From a phage, in sequence record PZ172995.1: a stretch of DNA of 64,000 bases; one strand, written 5' to 3'. Under the pieces are notes generated by a model. That model saw nothing but the letters and a program-made list of their open reading frames with translations. It had not been told where the DNA came from and did not search any database. Positions 9,348 to 15,739 of this stretch are shown piece after piece. The translations under genes were made by a program, and so were the position numbers. Position 1 is the first letter of the stretch. Every line of letters starts with the position of its first letter.

Positions 9348-9719
9348 ATGAAAAACAGAACAAACAAAGGCCAGTTTAAAAAAGGCCAGTCTGGAAACCC
9401 ATCTGGAAGACCAAAAGGCTCTCGTAACAAAAGCTCACTCGTAAAAGCTCAACTGACCATTGACAATTCTGCTGAGTTTGCTGCAAAGTTGTTTGAAGCA
9501 ATTGTTACAAGGGACGCTGCTAAGCTTGCAGAGTTCGGGTTAAACACAGATGACGTAACCATCAAGAGCATGATTGAGGTCGGTAAAACTATCTTTACTC
9601 ACTCAGCAGGTGAGATGAAAGCACTTGCAGCAGACACTAAGAAGACTTCTGATAATGGTGGTCAGTCACAGACAGATAACAAACCAACGTTCTCTGCTGT
9701 AGCGACTCTCAAAAAATAA
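9348..9719 (+). CDS. hypothetical protein with basic Gly/Pro-rich N-terminus (KKGQSGNPSGRPKG)
   Basis: ORF with AGAGG RBS; first gene of the rightward block. Confidence 0.65.
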   Translation: MKNRTNKGQFKKGQSGNPSGRPKGSRNKSSLVKAQLTIDNSAEFAAKLFEAIVTRDAAKLAEFGLNTDDVTIKSMIEVGKTIFTHSAGEMKALAADTKKTSDNGGQSQTDNKPTFSAVATLKK

Positions 9720-9731
9720 TTTTAAAAGGTG

Positions 9732-9767
9732 TTGACAGACTCTACAAAGTTGCTCTAAAGTCTGTCA
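9732..9767 (+). promoter_or_regulatory. sigma70-like promoter (TTGACA, 18-nt spacer, TAAAGT) overlapped by a 9-bp inverted repeat
   Basis: TTGACA at 9732-9737; TGACAGACT at 9733-9741 and AGTCTGTCA at 9759-9767. Confidence 0.5.
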
Positions 9768-9800
9768 CATCAAACAACAAATGAGAGAAGAGAGTAAAAT

Positions 9801-11216
9801 ATGAGCGAATTATTTAAACATGCGCACCTTCATGCAGGTCGAACTGAAAATGGTGCTGTAAACCATACTTCATCAATGTCTGCTCTGGTGGACTTTTACA
9901 AAGCCGCTGGCTCAAGCCGTAGCAATGTAGAAATCTTACCAGACCTGTTCTACAAAGCTTTGCGTGAGGATGTTGATGTTGCAGTTCGTATTTTACTGCA
10001 TATGCGAGATGTACGAGAAGGTATGGGTGAGCGTAAAGCTTTCCGAACTGTTTTACTTCAAGCGATTGAAGATAAGGTTTTAGAACCTACACAGGTTCTT
10101 CGCATTATGGATAAGATTGCAGAACTTGGTCGTTTTGATGACTTCAAAATCTTCGTAGGCACTCGTTTTGAGACAGATGCCTTCAAACATTTAGAAGCAG
10201 CATTACTAGACCCTGCAACAGCAGGTTTAGCAGCTAAGTGGTTACCACGAGTAAAACCACGCCACAAACAGTTTGTAAAACGTTTCTGTAAGTTTGCAAA
10301 CTTAAGCGAGAAGGAGTATCGCACACTGTTATCTGCACTGTCTGATACGGTTGAGCAAAAAATCTCTGCTAATGAGTTTGGTAAGATTGACTACAGCAAG
10401 GTTCCTTCACTCGCTGCTGCACGTTACCAAAAACTCTTTAACCGTAAAGATGGGGAACGTTACAAAGCTTACGTTGAGTCACTCTCAAAGGGTGAGGCTA
10501 AGATTAACGCTGGTGCTGTTTACCCATACGATGTGATTAAATCTATCAAGTATGGTAATGCAGATGTGGCTAATGAGCAGTGGAAAGCACTACCAAACTG
10601 GATGGCAGAAGGTGAGAACATCTTGTGTATGACTGATGTTTCAAGTTCAATGTCTTGGGTGAGTCTTGGTTCAATCACTGCCCTTGATGTTGGTGTATCC
10701 CTTGCCTTGTATGTAGCAGAACGCAACACAGGTTGCTTTAAAGATGAGTTAATGGTCTATTCAACAAACCCTCATTTCATTGAACTGAGTGGTGATTTAC
10801 GAAACCGTCATCGTCAGGTAATGCGTCATGTTGAATATGGTTCAACTAACTTACAAGCAGCTTTTGACCGCATTCTTGAAATAGGTAAGAGAAACAACTT
10901 GACTCAGAAAGATATGCCAAGTAAGCTTATTATCTTCTCTGATATGGAGTTTAATCAGGTTGATGGTGCAAATGGTCGTACAAACTTTGAAGCAATTCAG
11001 AGTAAGTACAAAAAAGCTGGATACGAAATGCCACAACTAGTATTCTGGTACTTAGCAAACCGTAATGGTACTTGCGAAGTATCTGTTAAGGATAATGGTG
11101 TAGCAATGGTATCAGGGTTCTCTCCAGCCACTTTAAAAGCTCTGCTTGGTGGTGAGAAGTTTGACCCAATCAGCGTAATGCTCAAAGCAGTAATGATTGA
11201 CCGTTACATCTGGTAA
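9801..11216 (+). CDS. DUF2828-like protein with C-terminal vWA/MIDAS-like motif (possible TROVE/Ro60-like fold)
   Basis: N-terminal RTENGAVNHTSSMSAL motif and DVSSSMS (DxSxS) motif in the 471-aa translation; strong RBS; family assignment from recalled signatures, not a search. Confidence 0.6.
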   Translation: MSELFKHAHLHAGRTENGAVNHTSSMSALVDFYKAAGSSRSNVEILPDLFYKALREDVDVAVRILLHMRDVREGMGERKAFRTVLLQAIEDKVLEPTQVLRIMDKIAELGRFDDFKIFVGTRFETDAFKHLEAALLDPATAGLAAKWLPRVKPRHKQFVKRFCKFANLSEKEYRTLLSALSDTVEQKISANEFGKIDYSKVPSLAAARYQKLFNRKDGERYKAYVESLSKGEAKINAGAVYPYDVIKSIKYGNADVANEQWKALPNWMAEGENILCMTDVSSSMSWVSLGSITALDVGVSLALYVAERNTGCFKDELMVYSTNPHFIELSGDLRNRHRQVMRHVEYGSTNLQAAFDRILEIGKRNNLTQKDMPSKLIIFSDMEFNQVDGANGRTNFEAIQSKYKKAGYEMPQLVFWYLANRNGTCEVSVKDNGVAMVSGFSPATLKALLGGEKFDPISVMLKAVMIDRYIW

Positions 11217-11228
11217 AAAGTTTTAAAA

Positions 11229-11263
11229 AGGGTATTGACAATGTGTTTGATACCCTTTAATAT
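11229..11263 (+). promoter_or_regulatory. sigma70-like promoter (TTGACA, 17 nt, TAATAT) with flanking palindrome, upstream of tRNA array
   Basis: TTGACA 11235-11240, TAATAT 11258-11263; AAGGGTAT / ATACCCTT inverted repeat around the -35. Confidence 0.6.
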
Positions 11264-11324
11264 GTTCTACATAGAAACGAAATGAGAGCTTTTCTAAGAT
11301 ACTGAAAAATATTTTAAAAAGTTC

Positions 11325-11353
11325 TTGACAACCACTAAAAAATAATGTTAAAG
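11325..11353 (+). promoter_or_regulatory. second sigma70-like promoter (TTGACA, 18 nt, TAAAGT) upstream of tRNA array
   Basis: Same -35, spacer and -10 pattern as the promoter at 9732. Confidence 0.5.
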
Positions 11354-11380
11354 TGGTTACATAGAGTTTGAAAAGTTTAT

Positions 11381-11457
11381 CTCTGTTTAGCTCAGCTTGG
11401 TAGAGCGTTCCGTTTGGGGCGGTAAGGCCGGAGGTTCAAGTCCTCCAACAGAGACCA
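11381..11457 (+). tRNA. tRNA-Pro (TGG)
   Basis: Hand-folded cloverleaf: acceptor CTCTGTT/AACAGAG, anticodon loop TTTGGGG, T-arm GGAGG-TTCAAGT-CCTCC, CCA encoded. Confidence 0.75.
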
Positions 11458-11464
11458 AATTAAT

Positions 11465-11542
11465 GTTCCAGTAGACAAAACGGTAAAGTCACCACTCTTT
11501 CAAAGTGGATATTTGAGGGTTCAAATCCCTTCTGGAACGCCA
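11465..11542 (+). tRNA. tRNA-Glu (TTC)
   Basis: Acceptor GTTCCAG/CTGGAAC, anticodon stem CCACT/AGTGG with loop CTTTCAA, T-loop TTCAAAT, CCA encoded. Confidence 0.75.
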
Positions 11543-11547
11543 GTTTT

Positions 11548-11623
11548 GACAGAAGACCAATTACAGCAAACTTAATCTACTCATCTGACACGAAATCGGA
11601 CAAAGAAGATATTTGGTCTGGTC
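11548..11623 (+). ncRNA. conserved hairpin element, copy 1 (basal stem CAGAAGACC / GGTCTGG, loop with CAGCAA)
   Basis: GACAGAAGACCA pairs with TGGTCTGGTC around a loop of about 50 nt; same stem in three further copies. Confidence 0.5.
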
Positions 11624-11632
11624 ATTAAGAAT

Positions 11633-11709
11633 TGCGGGTATAGAGAAAGGGCGTCTCACATGTCTCATTAGCATGGTATCGGCAGGTTCGACTCCTGCAC
11701 CCGCCTCCA
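11633..11709 (+). tRNA. tRNA-Met (CAT), irregular acceptor stem
   Basis: D-stem GAGA/TCTC, anticodon stem CATGT/GCATG with loop CTCATTA, T-arm GCAGG-TTCGACT-CCTGC; acceptor pairing imperfect. Confidence 0.55.
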
Positions 11710-11714
11710 ATTTT

Positions 11715-11778
11715 GCAGAAGACCGTATGCAGCAACAAACTACTTTTTTTGCGGATAAAAGAAAAAACACGGTCTGGC
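11715..11778 (+). ncRNA. conserved hairpin element, copy 2
   Basis: GCAGAAGACCG ... CAGCAA ... CGGTCTGGC. Confidence 0.5.
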
Positions 11779-11788
11779 AATATATTAA

Positions 11789-11865
11789 GGTTAGGAAGCA
11801 CATAAGGTATGTGCGGTCGCCTGTTAAGCGAATGGCACAGGGTTCGAATCCCTGACTAACCGCCA
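11789..11865 (+). tRNA. tRNA-Asn (GTT)
   Basis: D-stem GCAC/GTGC, anticodon loop CTGTTAA, T-arm CAGGG-TTCGAAT-CCCTG, CCA encoded. Confidence 0.7.
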
Positions 11866-11874
11866 AATTTAAAT

Positions 11875-11962
11875 GTGTCGTTATCCCGTAGATGGTAGCG
11901 GTGGGGACTGTAAATCCCTTGTCATTGAGACTCGGTAGGTTCGACTCCTACACGGCACACCA
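11875..11962 (+). tRNA. tRNA-Tyr (GTA), long variable arm
   Basis: Acceptor GTGTCGT/ACGGCAC, anticodon loop CTGTAAA, long variable arm, T-arm GTAGG-TTCGACT-CCTAC, CCA encoded. Confidence 0.7.
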
Positions 11963-11968
11963 AATAAA

Positions 11969-12046
11969 GGTTATGTAGTTTAATCTGGTTAAAATACTCC
12001 CCTGTCACGGGAGATGATGAGGGTTCAAATCCCTTCGTAACCGCCA
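11969..12046 (+). tRNA. tRNA-Asp (GTC)
   Basis: Anticodon stem CTCCC/GGGAG with loop CTGTCAC, T-arm GAGGG-TTCAAAT-CCCTT, CCA encoded. Confidence 0.8.
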
Positions 12047-12129
12047 AATTATAATAAGTATTTCAAAATGATGTTTGAGAGGGCTATTTAGCCCCTCCCT
12101 TAAAGAGTTCTTACGAGTATTCTTTAAAG

Positions 12130-12212
12130 GAGCAGAAGACCAAATTCAGCAAGTACGTATGATATTTTCAAGCCAATTTAATTTTGAAAAAATTTAAAAC
12201 TTGGTCTGGCTC
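12130..12212 (+). ncRNA. conserved hairpin element, copy 3
   Basis: GAGCAGAAGACCAA pairs with TTGGTCTGGCTC; loop contains CAGCAA. Confidence 0.5.
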
Positions 12213-12221
12213 AACAAATTT

Positions 12222-12357
12222 ACAGAAGACCGTTTACAGCAAAACTTAAACAATCTATTTCTCCGGTAAAGAAAAGGCGAAGGTTCGATTCCTTCACTCG
12301 GCAGATGTCGAGTTGGTGTAATGGTAGCACTTAAGATGACAAACAACGGTCTGGTAA
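12222..12357 (+). ncRNA. conserved hairpin element, copy 4, enclosing a tRNA-like module (T-arm hairpin, acceptor-like hairpin, D-arm-like hairpin); candidate Y-RNA-like RNA
   Basis: Basal stem ACAGAAGACCGTT / AACGGTCTGGTA; inside: GAAGG-TTCGATT-CCTTC (12279-12295), ACTCGGC-AGAT-GTCGAGT (12296-12313), GTGT-AATGGTA-GCAC (12316-12330). Confidence 0.45.
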
Positions 12358-12503
12358 TTATCTTTGTAGGTGAGCTATTAAGCTTACTTGTGAGTATGCG
12401 ACCACAAAGGGTGAAAGGGCAAATTCTAGATTTAAACCCAACAAGGCACATCGCTACAGACCTTAAGCAAGTCTGGGTAGCTTATCTACAAAGATAATTT
12501 AAT

Positions 12504-12579
12504 GGAAGTGTAGCAGAATGGTGATGCGGCAGACTTTTAATCTGACAGGCGATGGGTTCGAATCCCTCCACTTCTACCA
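12504..12579 (+). tRNA. tRNA-Lys (TTT)
   Basis: Acceptor GGAAGTG/CACTTCT, anticodon loop CTTTTAA, T-loop TTCGAAT, CCA encoded; paralogous to the Lys(CTT) tRNA at 13820. Confidence 0.7.
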
Positions 12580-12583
12580 ATAT

Positions 12584-12660
12584 GGTTCAGTCGCAGATAA
12601 GGTAATGCAGGGGTCTCATAAGCCCTATGAATGTGGGTTCGATTCCCATCTGAACCTCCA
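12584..12660 (+). tRNA. tRNA with CAT anticodon (Met or lysidine-Ile)
   Basis: Acceptor GGTTCAG/CTGAACC, anticodon loop CTCATAA, T-arm GTGGG-TTCGATT-CCCAT, CCA encoded. Confidence 0.7.
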
Positions 12661-12661
12661 A

Positions 12662-12737
12662 GCTGGTATAGTTAAGAAGGTTATAACACTCCCCTGATAA
12701 GGGAATATCGGTGGTTCGATTCCACCTACCAGTACCA
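12662..12737 (+). tRNA. tRNA-Ile (GAT)
   Basis: D-stem GTTA/TAAC, anticodon loop CTGATAA, T-arm GGTGG-TTCGATT-CCACC, CCA encoded. Confidence 0.75.
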
Positions 12738-12752
12738 ATTTCAATAAAGTTG

Positions 12753-12781
12753 TTGACATTGATATGTGACTATTTTATAGT
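12753..12781 (+). promoter_or_regulatory. sigma70-like promoter (TTGACA, 17 nt, TATAGT) inside the tRNA array
   Basis: TTGACA 12753-12758, TATAGT 12776-12781; downstream about 300 nt has no tRNA or ORF. Confidence 0.55.
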
Positions 12782-12832
12782 AACTGAAAATGATTCAGCA
12801 TATGTATAATTCAAACACCAATACATGAGCGT

Positions 12833-12904
12833 TAGACGTAACACAATGTGGGGAAATTTGTTGTACATATTCTGAATAGTTTTCGTTGCGTAGCGTCTAT
12901 TTTG
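12833..12904 (+). terminator. putative structured element ending in a T-run (possible sRNA 3' end)
   Basis: TAGACG ... CGTCTA stem enclosing about 55 nt, followed by TTTTGC. Confidence 0.3.
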
Positions 12905-13074
12905 CAAATTTAAAATAAATGCAAACGACAATGTTTTTCTGGCAGTAGCTTGATAGGCTAAACACCAGTGAGGTCTTCCAATCCCTCATCAAAGAATTTG
13001 GCGTACTAGCCCACGGTATGATTAATAAGGTGGGCATCTTTAAGGGCTTTCTAAGAGAGTCTTTAAAGATTAAT

Positions 13075-13151
13075 GCACCCTTAGTTCAATTGGATAGAGC
13101 AACGGTCTTCTAAATCGTTAGTTACAGGTTCGAATCCTGTAGGGTGTGCCA
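13075..13151 (+). tRNA. tRNA-Arg (TCT)
   Basis: Acceptor GCACCCT/AGGGTGT, anticodon loop CTTCTAA, T-arm ACAGG-TTCGAAT-CCTGT, CCA encoded. Confidence 0.75.
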
Positions 13152-13293
13152 AATAGTTAGCAGATTGCTTAGACGACCTTATCGGGTCTCCGCGTAAGGA
13201 GGTGGTCTGTATCTCATGTTTTCCAGAACATGTAAATAATCTGAGAAGGGGCTTTACAGTGTTGCGAAAATACGGTAAGCTTCGAATTATAGT

Positions 13294-13376
13294 GTGGGAC
13301 GATGTTAAGACTCTAAGGCATGAGCAACGGCCTCCAAAACCGTTTCAAAGGGGTTCAACTCCTCCGTCCCATGCCA
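13294..13376 (+). tRNA. tRNA-Trp (CCA)-like, atypical length and D-region
   Basis: Acceptor GTGGGAC/GTCCCAT, anticodon loop CTCCAAA, T-loop TTCAACT, CCA encoded; about 7 nt longer than canonical. Confidence 0.45.
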
Positions 13377-13389
13377 AAGTCTTATTAGG

Positions 13390-13477
13390 GGTAGGTAGCG
13401 GCTAATGGCAGCCAAACAGTCTTGAAAACTGTTGCAACTGTAGAGATACGGTGAGGGTTCGACTCCTTTACTTACCA
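13390..13477 (+). tRNA. tRNA-Ser (TGA), long variable arm
   Basis: Acceptor GGTAGGT/ACTTACC, anticodon stem ACAGT/ACTGT with loop CTTGAAA, variable arm about 20 nt, T-loop TTCGACT. Confidence 0.7.
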
Positions 13478-13634
13478 CCTAATAAGATTTTACACCGTCC
13501 ATGCTTGCTCGCATTTTCGGTTTATCCCTCGTGTATTGTCGTACACACTGATAAAGCACCTAGTAGGTGTCACGGAGAAGAGATAATATCAAGCTCTCCA
13601 AAGGTTCTAGTCACCGGATTAAACAAGACTATGC

Positions 13635-13656
13635 AAAGACCAATTTAGGTCTTTTT
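13635..13656 (+). terminator. putative Rho-independent terminator
   Basis: AAAGACC-AATTTA-GGTCTTT followed by TTT. Confidence 0.45.
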
Positions 13657-13735
13657 AGAGGGCTTCTAAGGTTATTACAGCTTGTTGTGGAACCTTGTTG
13701 CTTAGGTTCTTAGAAGTTCTCTAAAAAGATTTAAT

Positions 13736-13812
13736 GCACCTATAGCCCAACTGGTAGAGGCAGCAGACTTAGAATCTGCTCAGTGTGAGTTCGAATCTCT
13801 CTAGGTGTACCA
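13736..13812 (+). tRNA. tRNA with TAG anticodon (Leu by anticodon), short variable arm
   Basis: Acceptor GCACCTA/TAGGTGT, anticodon stem GCAGA/TCTGC with loop CTTAGAA, T-loop TTCGAAT, A73, CCA encoded. Confidence 0.65.
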
Positions 13813-13819
13813 AATTAAT

Positions 13820-13895
13820 GCAGGTGTAGCAAAATGGTTATGCGGCTGACTCTTAATCAGTAAGACGATGGGTTCAATTCCCTCCACCTGTACCA
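13820..13895 (+). tRNA. tRNA-Lys (CTT)
   Basis: Acceptor GCAGGTG/CACCTGT, anticodon loop CTCTTAA, T-loop TTCAATT, CCA encoded. Confidence 0.7.
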
Positions 13896-13901
13896 AACAT
13901 T

Positions 13902-13977
13902 GGGGTCATAGTTTATATGGTTAAAATTCGAGTTTTGCAAACTTGGGAACTGAGTTCAATTCTCAGTGACTCCACCA
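13902..13977 (+). tRNA. tRNA-Ala (TGC)
   Basis: Acceptor GGGGTCA/TGACTCC, anticodon loop TTTGCAA, T-arm CTGAG-TTCAATT-CTCAG, CCA encoded. Confidence 0.7.
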
Positions 13978-13983
13978 ATTAGT

Positions 13984-14058
13984 GCATCCATAGTTTAAAC
14001 GGGAAAATTACAGTCTTCCAAACTGAGGTTGAGGGTTCGATTCCCTCTGGATGCTCCA
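13984..14058 (+). tRNA. tRNA-Gly (TCC)
   Basis: Acceptor GCATCCA/TGGATGC, anticodon loop CTTCCAA, T-loop TTCGATT, CCA encoded. Confidence 0.75.
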
Positions 14059-14065
14059 AATTAAT

Positions 14066-14141
14066 GCTCCTATCGTATAATTGGCTATTACGGTTGCCTT
14101 GTAAGTAACTTATCAGGGTTCGAATCCTTGTGGGAGCACCA
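14066..14141 (+). tRNA. tRNA-Thr (TGT)
   Basis: Acceptor GCTCCTA/TGGGAGC, anticodon loop CTTGTAA, T-arm CAGGG-TTCGAAT-CCTTG, CCA encoded. Confidence 0.7.
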
Positions 14142-14238
14142 ATTTAGAGGTCAAGTGAAAGACCGCTTTGAGTCAACTGAAGACCGTAACAAATCCCACG
14201 GAGTTGAGTTAGCGGCACAACTTCAGACCTCTTTCCAC

Positions 14239-14313
14239 ACTCGCTTAGTTTATATGGTAAAACATCACCCTTACAAGATGAAGAAAAAGGTTCAAGTCCT
14301 TTAGTGAGTACCA
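14239..14313 (+). tRNA. tRNA-Val (TAC)
   Basis: D-stem GTTT/AAAC, anticodon loop CTTACAA, T-arm AAAGG-TTCAAGT-CCTTT, CCA encoded. Confidence 0.7.
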
Positions 14314-14314
14314 T

Positions 14315-14392
14315 GTTCCAGTATCCCAATTGGCAGAGGATGCAAGCTCAAACCTTGCACTAGTGACGGTTCGAATCCGTCTTGGAACACCA
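14315..14392 (+). tRNA. tRNA with CAA anticodon (Leu by anticodon), short variable arm
   Basis: Acceptor GTTCCAG/TTGGAAC, anticodon stem GCAAG/CTTGC with loop CTCAAAC, T-arm GACGG-TTCGAAT-CCGTC, A73, CCA encoded. Confidence 0.65.
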
Positions 14393-14397
14393 ATTTT

Positions 14398-14473
14398 GCA
14401 GGATTAGTTCAAATGGATAGAGCAACAGTCTACGAAGCTGTTAATAGGGGTTCGAGTCCCTTATCCTGCGCCA
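14398..14473 (+). tRNA. tRNA-Arg (ACG)
   Basis: Acceptor GCAGGAT/ATCCTGC, anticodon loop CTACGAA, T-loop TTCGAGT, CCA encoded. Confidence 0.75.
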
Positions 14474-14491
14474 GATAAGTAAGAGTGATTT

Positions 14492-14734
14492 ATGCAAACA
14501 TTAATCGTCGTTGAACATGAAAATTCCAATAGCATTGAGTTTGTAAGGGTTCCCACTATAGATACCCACATTTTCTTGAAAGTAGGCTGGGAATGTGACC
14601 CAATAAGAGTAGAAAAATTTATTGGTCATTACTTTGGTGGAAGACAACTTAAAAGTGTTAATTTTGAGACAATGTTACCAGAAAACTCAGAAACAAATAA
14701 TAATGTTTACCTCCTTACAAGGATTAGACAATGA
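14492..14734 (+). CDS. hypothetical protein encoded inside the tRNA array
   Basis: ORF with RBS; ATGA overlap with the next gene. Confidence 0.5.
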   Translation: MQTLIVVEHENSNSIEFVRVPTIDTHIFLKVGWECDPIRVEKFIGHYFGGRQLKSVNFETMLPENSETNNNVYLLTRIRQ

Positions 14735-15288
14735 GATATTTGAAGTATGTTTCATGGATTTTCTTAGCTTTGCTAGAGCCATTTGCAGCAATCTTAGCAG
14801 TCATCTTAGCACCTTTTGTAGTTCTATTCTACAGTGAGAAGAGAGGACACTTACCTTTCGGCTTCAGATGGATGGAAACATATGATAACCCAATTGATGG
14901 TGATAAAGGTCATGTCGAACGATGGGCTAAGATTAGAAAGATTGGTAAGCTTGGTATCTATATGCAGAGAGTTGGTTGGCTCTGGAGAAACAAAGCTTAT
15001 AACTTCTCTTACCATGTGTTAGGAAGAGATGTAAAAGATGTTACTAAGTGGAAAGGTAATATCAATGTAAGTTCTAACCCTGAAGATAATCAGACAGGTT
15101 ATCTCCTAATGTGGAACAGTAATGCTTGGGGATTATTCGCTTTTATCCCATCAATTAAACTCTTTGGTAAGCAATTCTACTGGAGAATTTATGTTGGATG
15201 GAAACTTAAAAGTGTTGTTCCAAAAGAAAGAGCATTCTCAAGGGAAAGAGTTATGTTGGCATTCTTTATTCATCCACTGAGAAAGTAA
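14731..15288 (+). CDS. hypothetical Trp-rich membrane protein encoded inside the tRNA array
   Basis: N-terminal hydrophobic helix WIFLALLEPFAAILAVILAPFVVLF in the 185-aa translation. Confidence 0.6.
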   Translation: MRYLKYVSWIFLALLEPFAAILAVILAPFVVLFYSEKRGHLPFGFRWMETYDNPIDGDKGHVERWAKIRKIGKLGIYMQRVGWLWRNKAYNFSYHVLGRDVKDVTKWKGNINVSSNPEDNQTGYLLMWNSNAWGLFAFIPSIKLFGKQFYWRIYVGWKLKSVVPKERAFSRERVMLAFFIHPLRK

Positions 15289-15296
15289 AGATTTAA

Positions 15297-15372
15297 AGGG
15301 GATTAGTTTACAAGGTTAAAACCTCGGTCTTTGAAATCGAAGAAGTTGGTTCAATTCCAACATCCCCCGCCA
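15297..15372 (+). tRNA. tRNA-Gln (TTG)
   Basis: Anticodon stem TCGGT/ATCGA with loop CTTTGAA, T-arm GTTGG-TTCAATT-CCAAC, CCA encoded. Confidence 0.7.
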
Positions 15373-15374
15373 AT

Positions 15375-15453
15375 GCTCCATTACTCCAATTGGCAGAGAG
15401 GCCAGACTTAAAATCTGTGTTATGTATCGGTTCGAATCCGATATGGAGTACCA
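15375..15453 (+). tRNA. tRNA with TAA anticodon (Leu by anticodon), short variable arm
   Basis: Acceptor GCTCCAT/ATGGAGT, anticodon loop CTTAAAA, T-arm ATCGG-TTCGAAT-CCGAT, A73, CCA encoded. Confidence 0.65.
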
Positions 15454-15458
15454 AATTT

Positions 15459-15534
15459 AGCGGTATAGCATAACTGGCAATGCAGCAGTCTCTGAAGCTG
15501 TCTTATTAAGGTTCAAATCCTTATGCCGCTGCCA
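15459..15534 (+). tRNA. tRNA-Gln (CTG)
   Basis: D-stem GCAT/ATGC, anticodon loop CTCTGAA, T-arm TAAGG-TTCAAAT-CCTTA, CCA encoded. Confidence 0.7.
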
Positions 15535-15565
15535 CTTCTAAGGATTCTTACGAGAGTCCTTAAAT

Positions 15566-15641
15566 GTGGCCTTATCATAAATGGTAATGACCCATGCTGT
15601 GAACATGGTCTATACGGGTTCAAATCCCGTAGGTCACCCCA
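15566..15641 (+). tRNA. tRNA-His (GTG)
   Basis: D-stem TCAT/ATGA, anticodon stem CCATG/CATGG with loop CTGTGAA, T-arm ACGGG-TTCAAAT-CCCGT, CCA encoded. Confidence 0.75.
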
Positions 15642-15646
15642 ATTTA

Positions 15647-15723
15647 TAGTCCAAGTAGCTTATATGGTTAAAGCGCGTGTCTGAAAAACATGAGAAGAGG
15701 GTTCAAATCCCACTGGACTACCA
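15647..15723 (+). tRNA. tRNA-Phe (GAA)
   Basis: Acceptor TAGTCCA/TGGACTA, anticodon stem CGTGT/ACATG with loop CTGAAAA, T-loop TTCAAAT; linker lengths slightly irregular. Confidence 0.65.
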
Positions 15724-15739
15724 ATTTCAAAGGTGCTTA

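Noticed and set aside
12279-12303. T-arm plus 3' acceptor fragment as a phage attP core for integration into a host tRNA gene
   Set aside because: No integrase or recombinase gene is visible in the window, and the fragment is immediately followed by its complementary 5' acceptor strand and a D-arm-like hairpin
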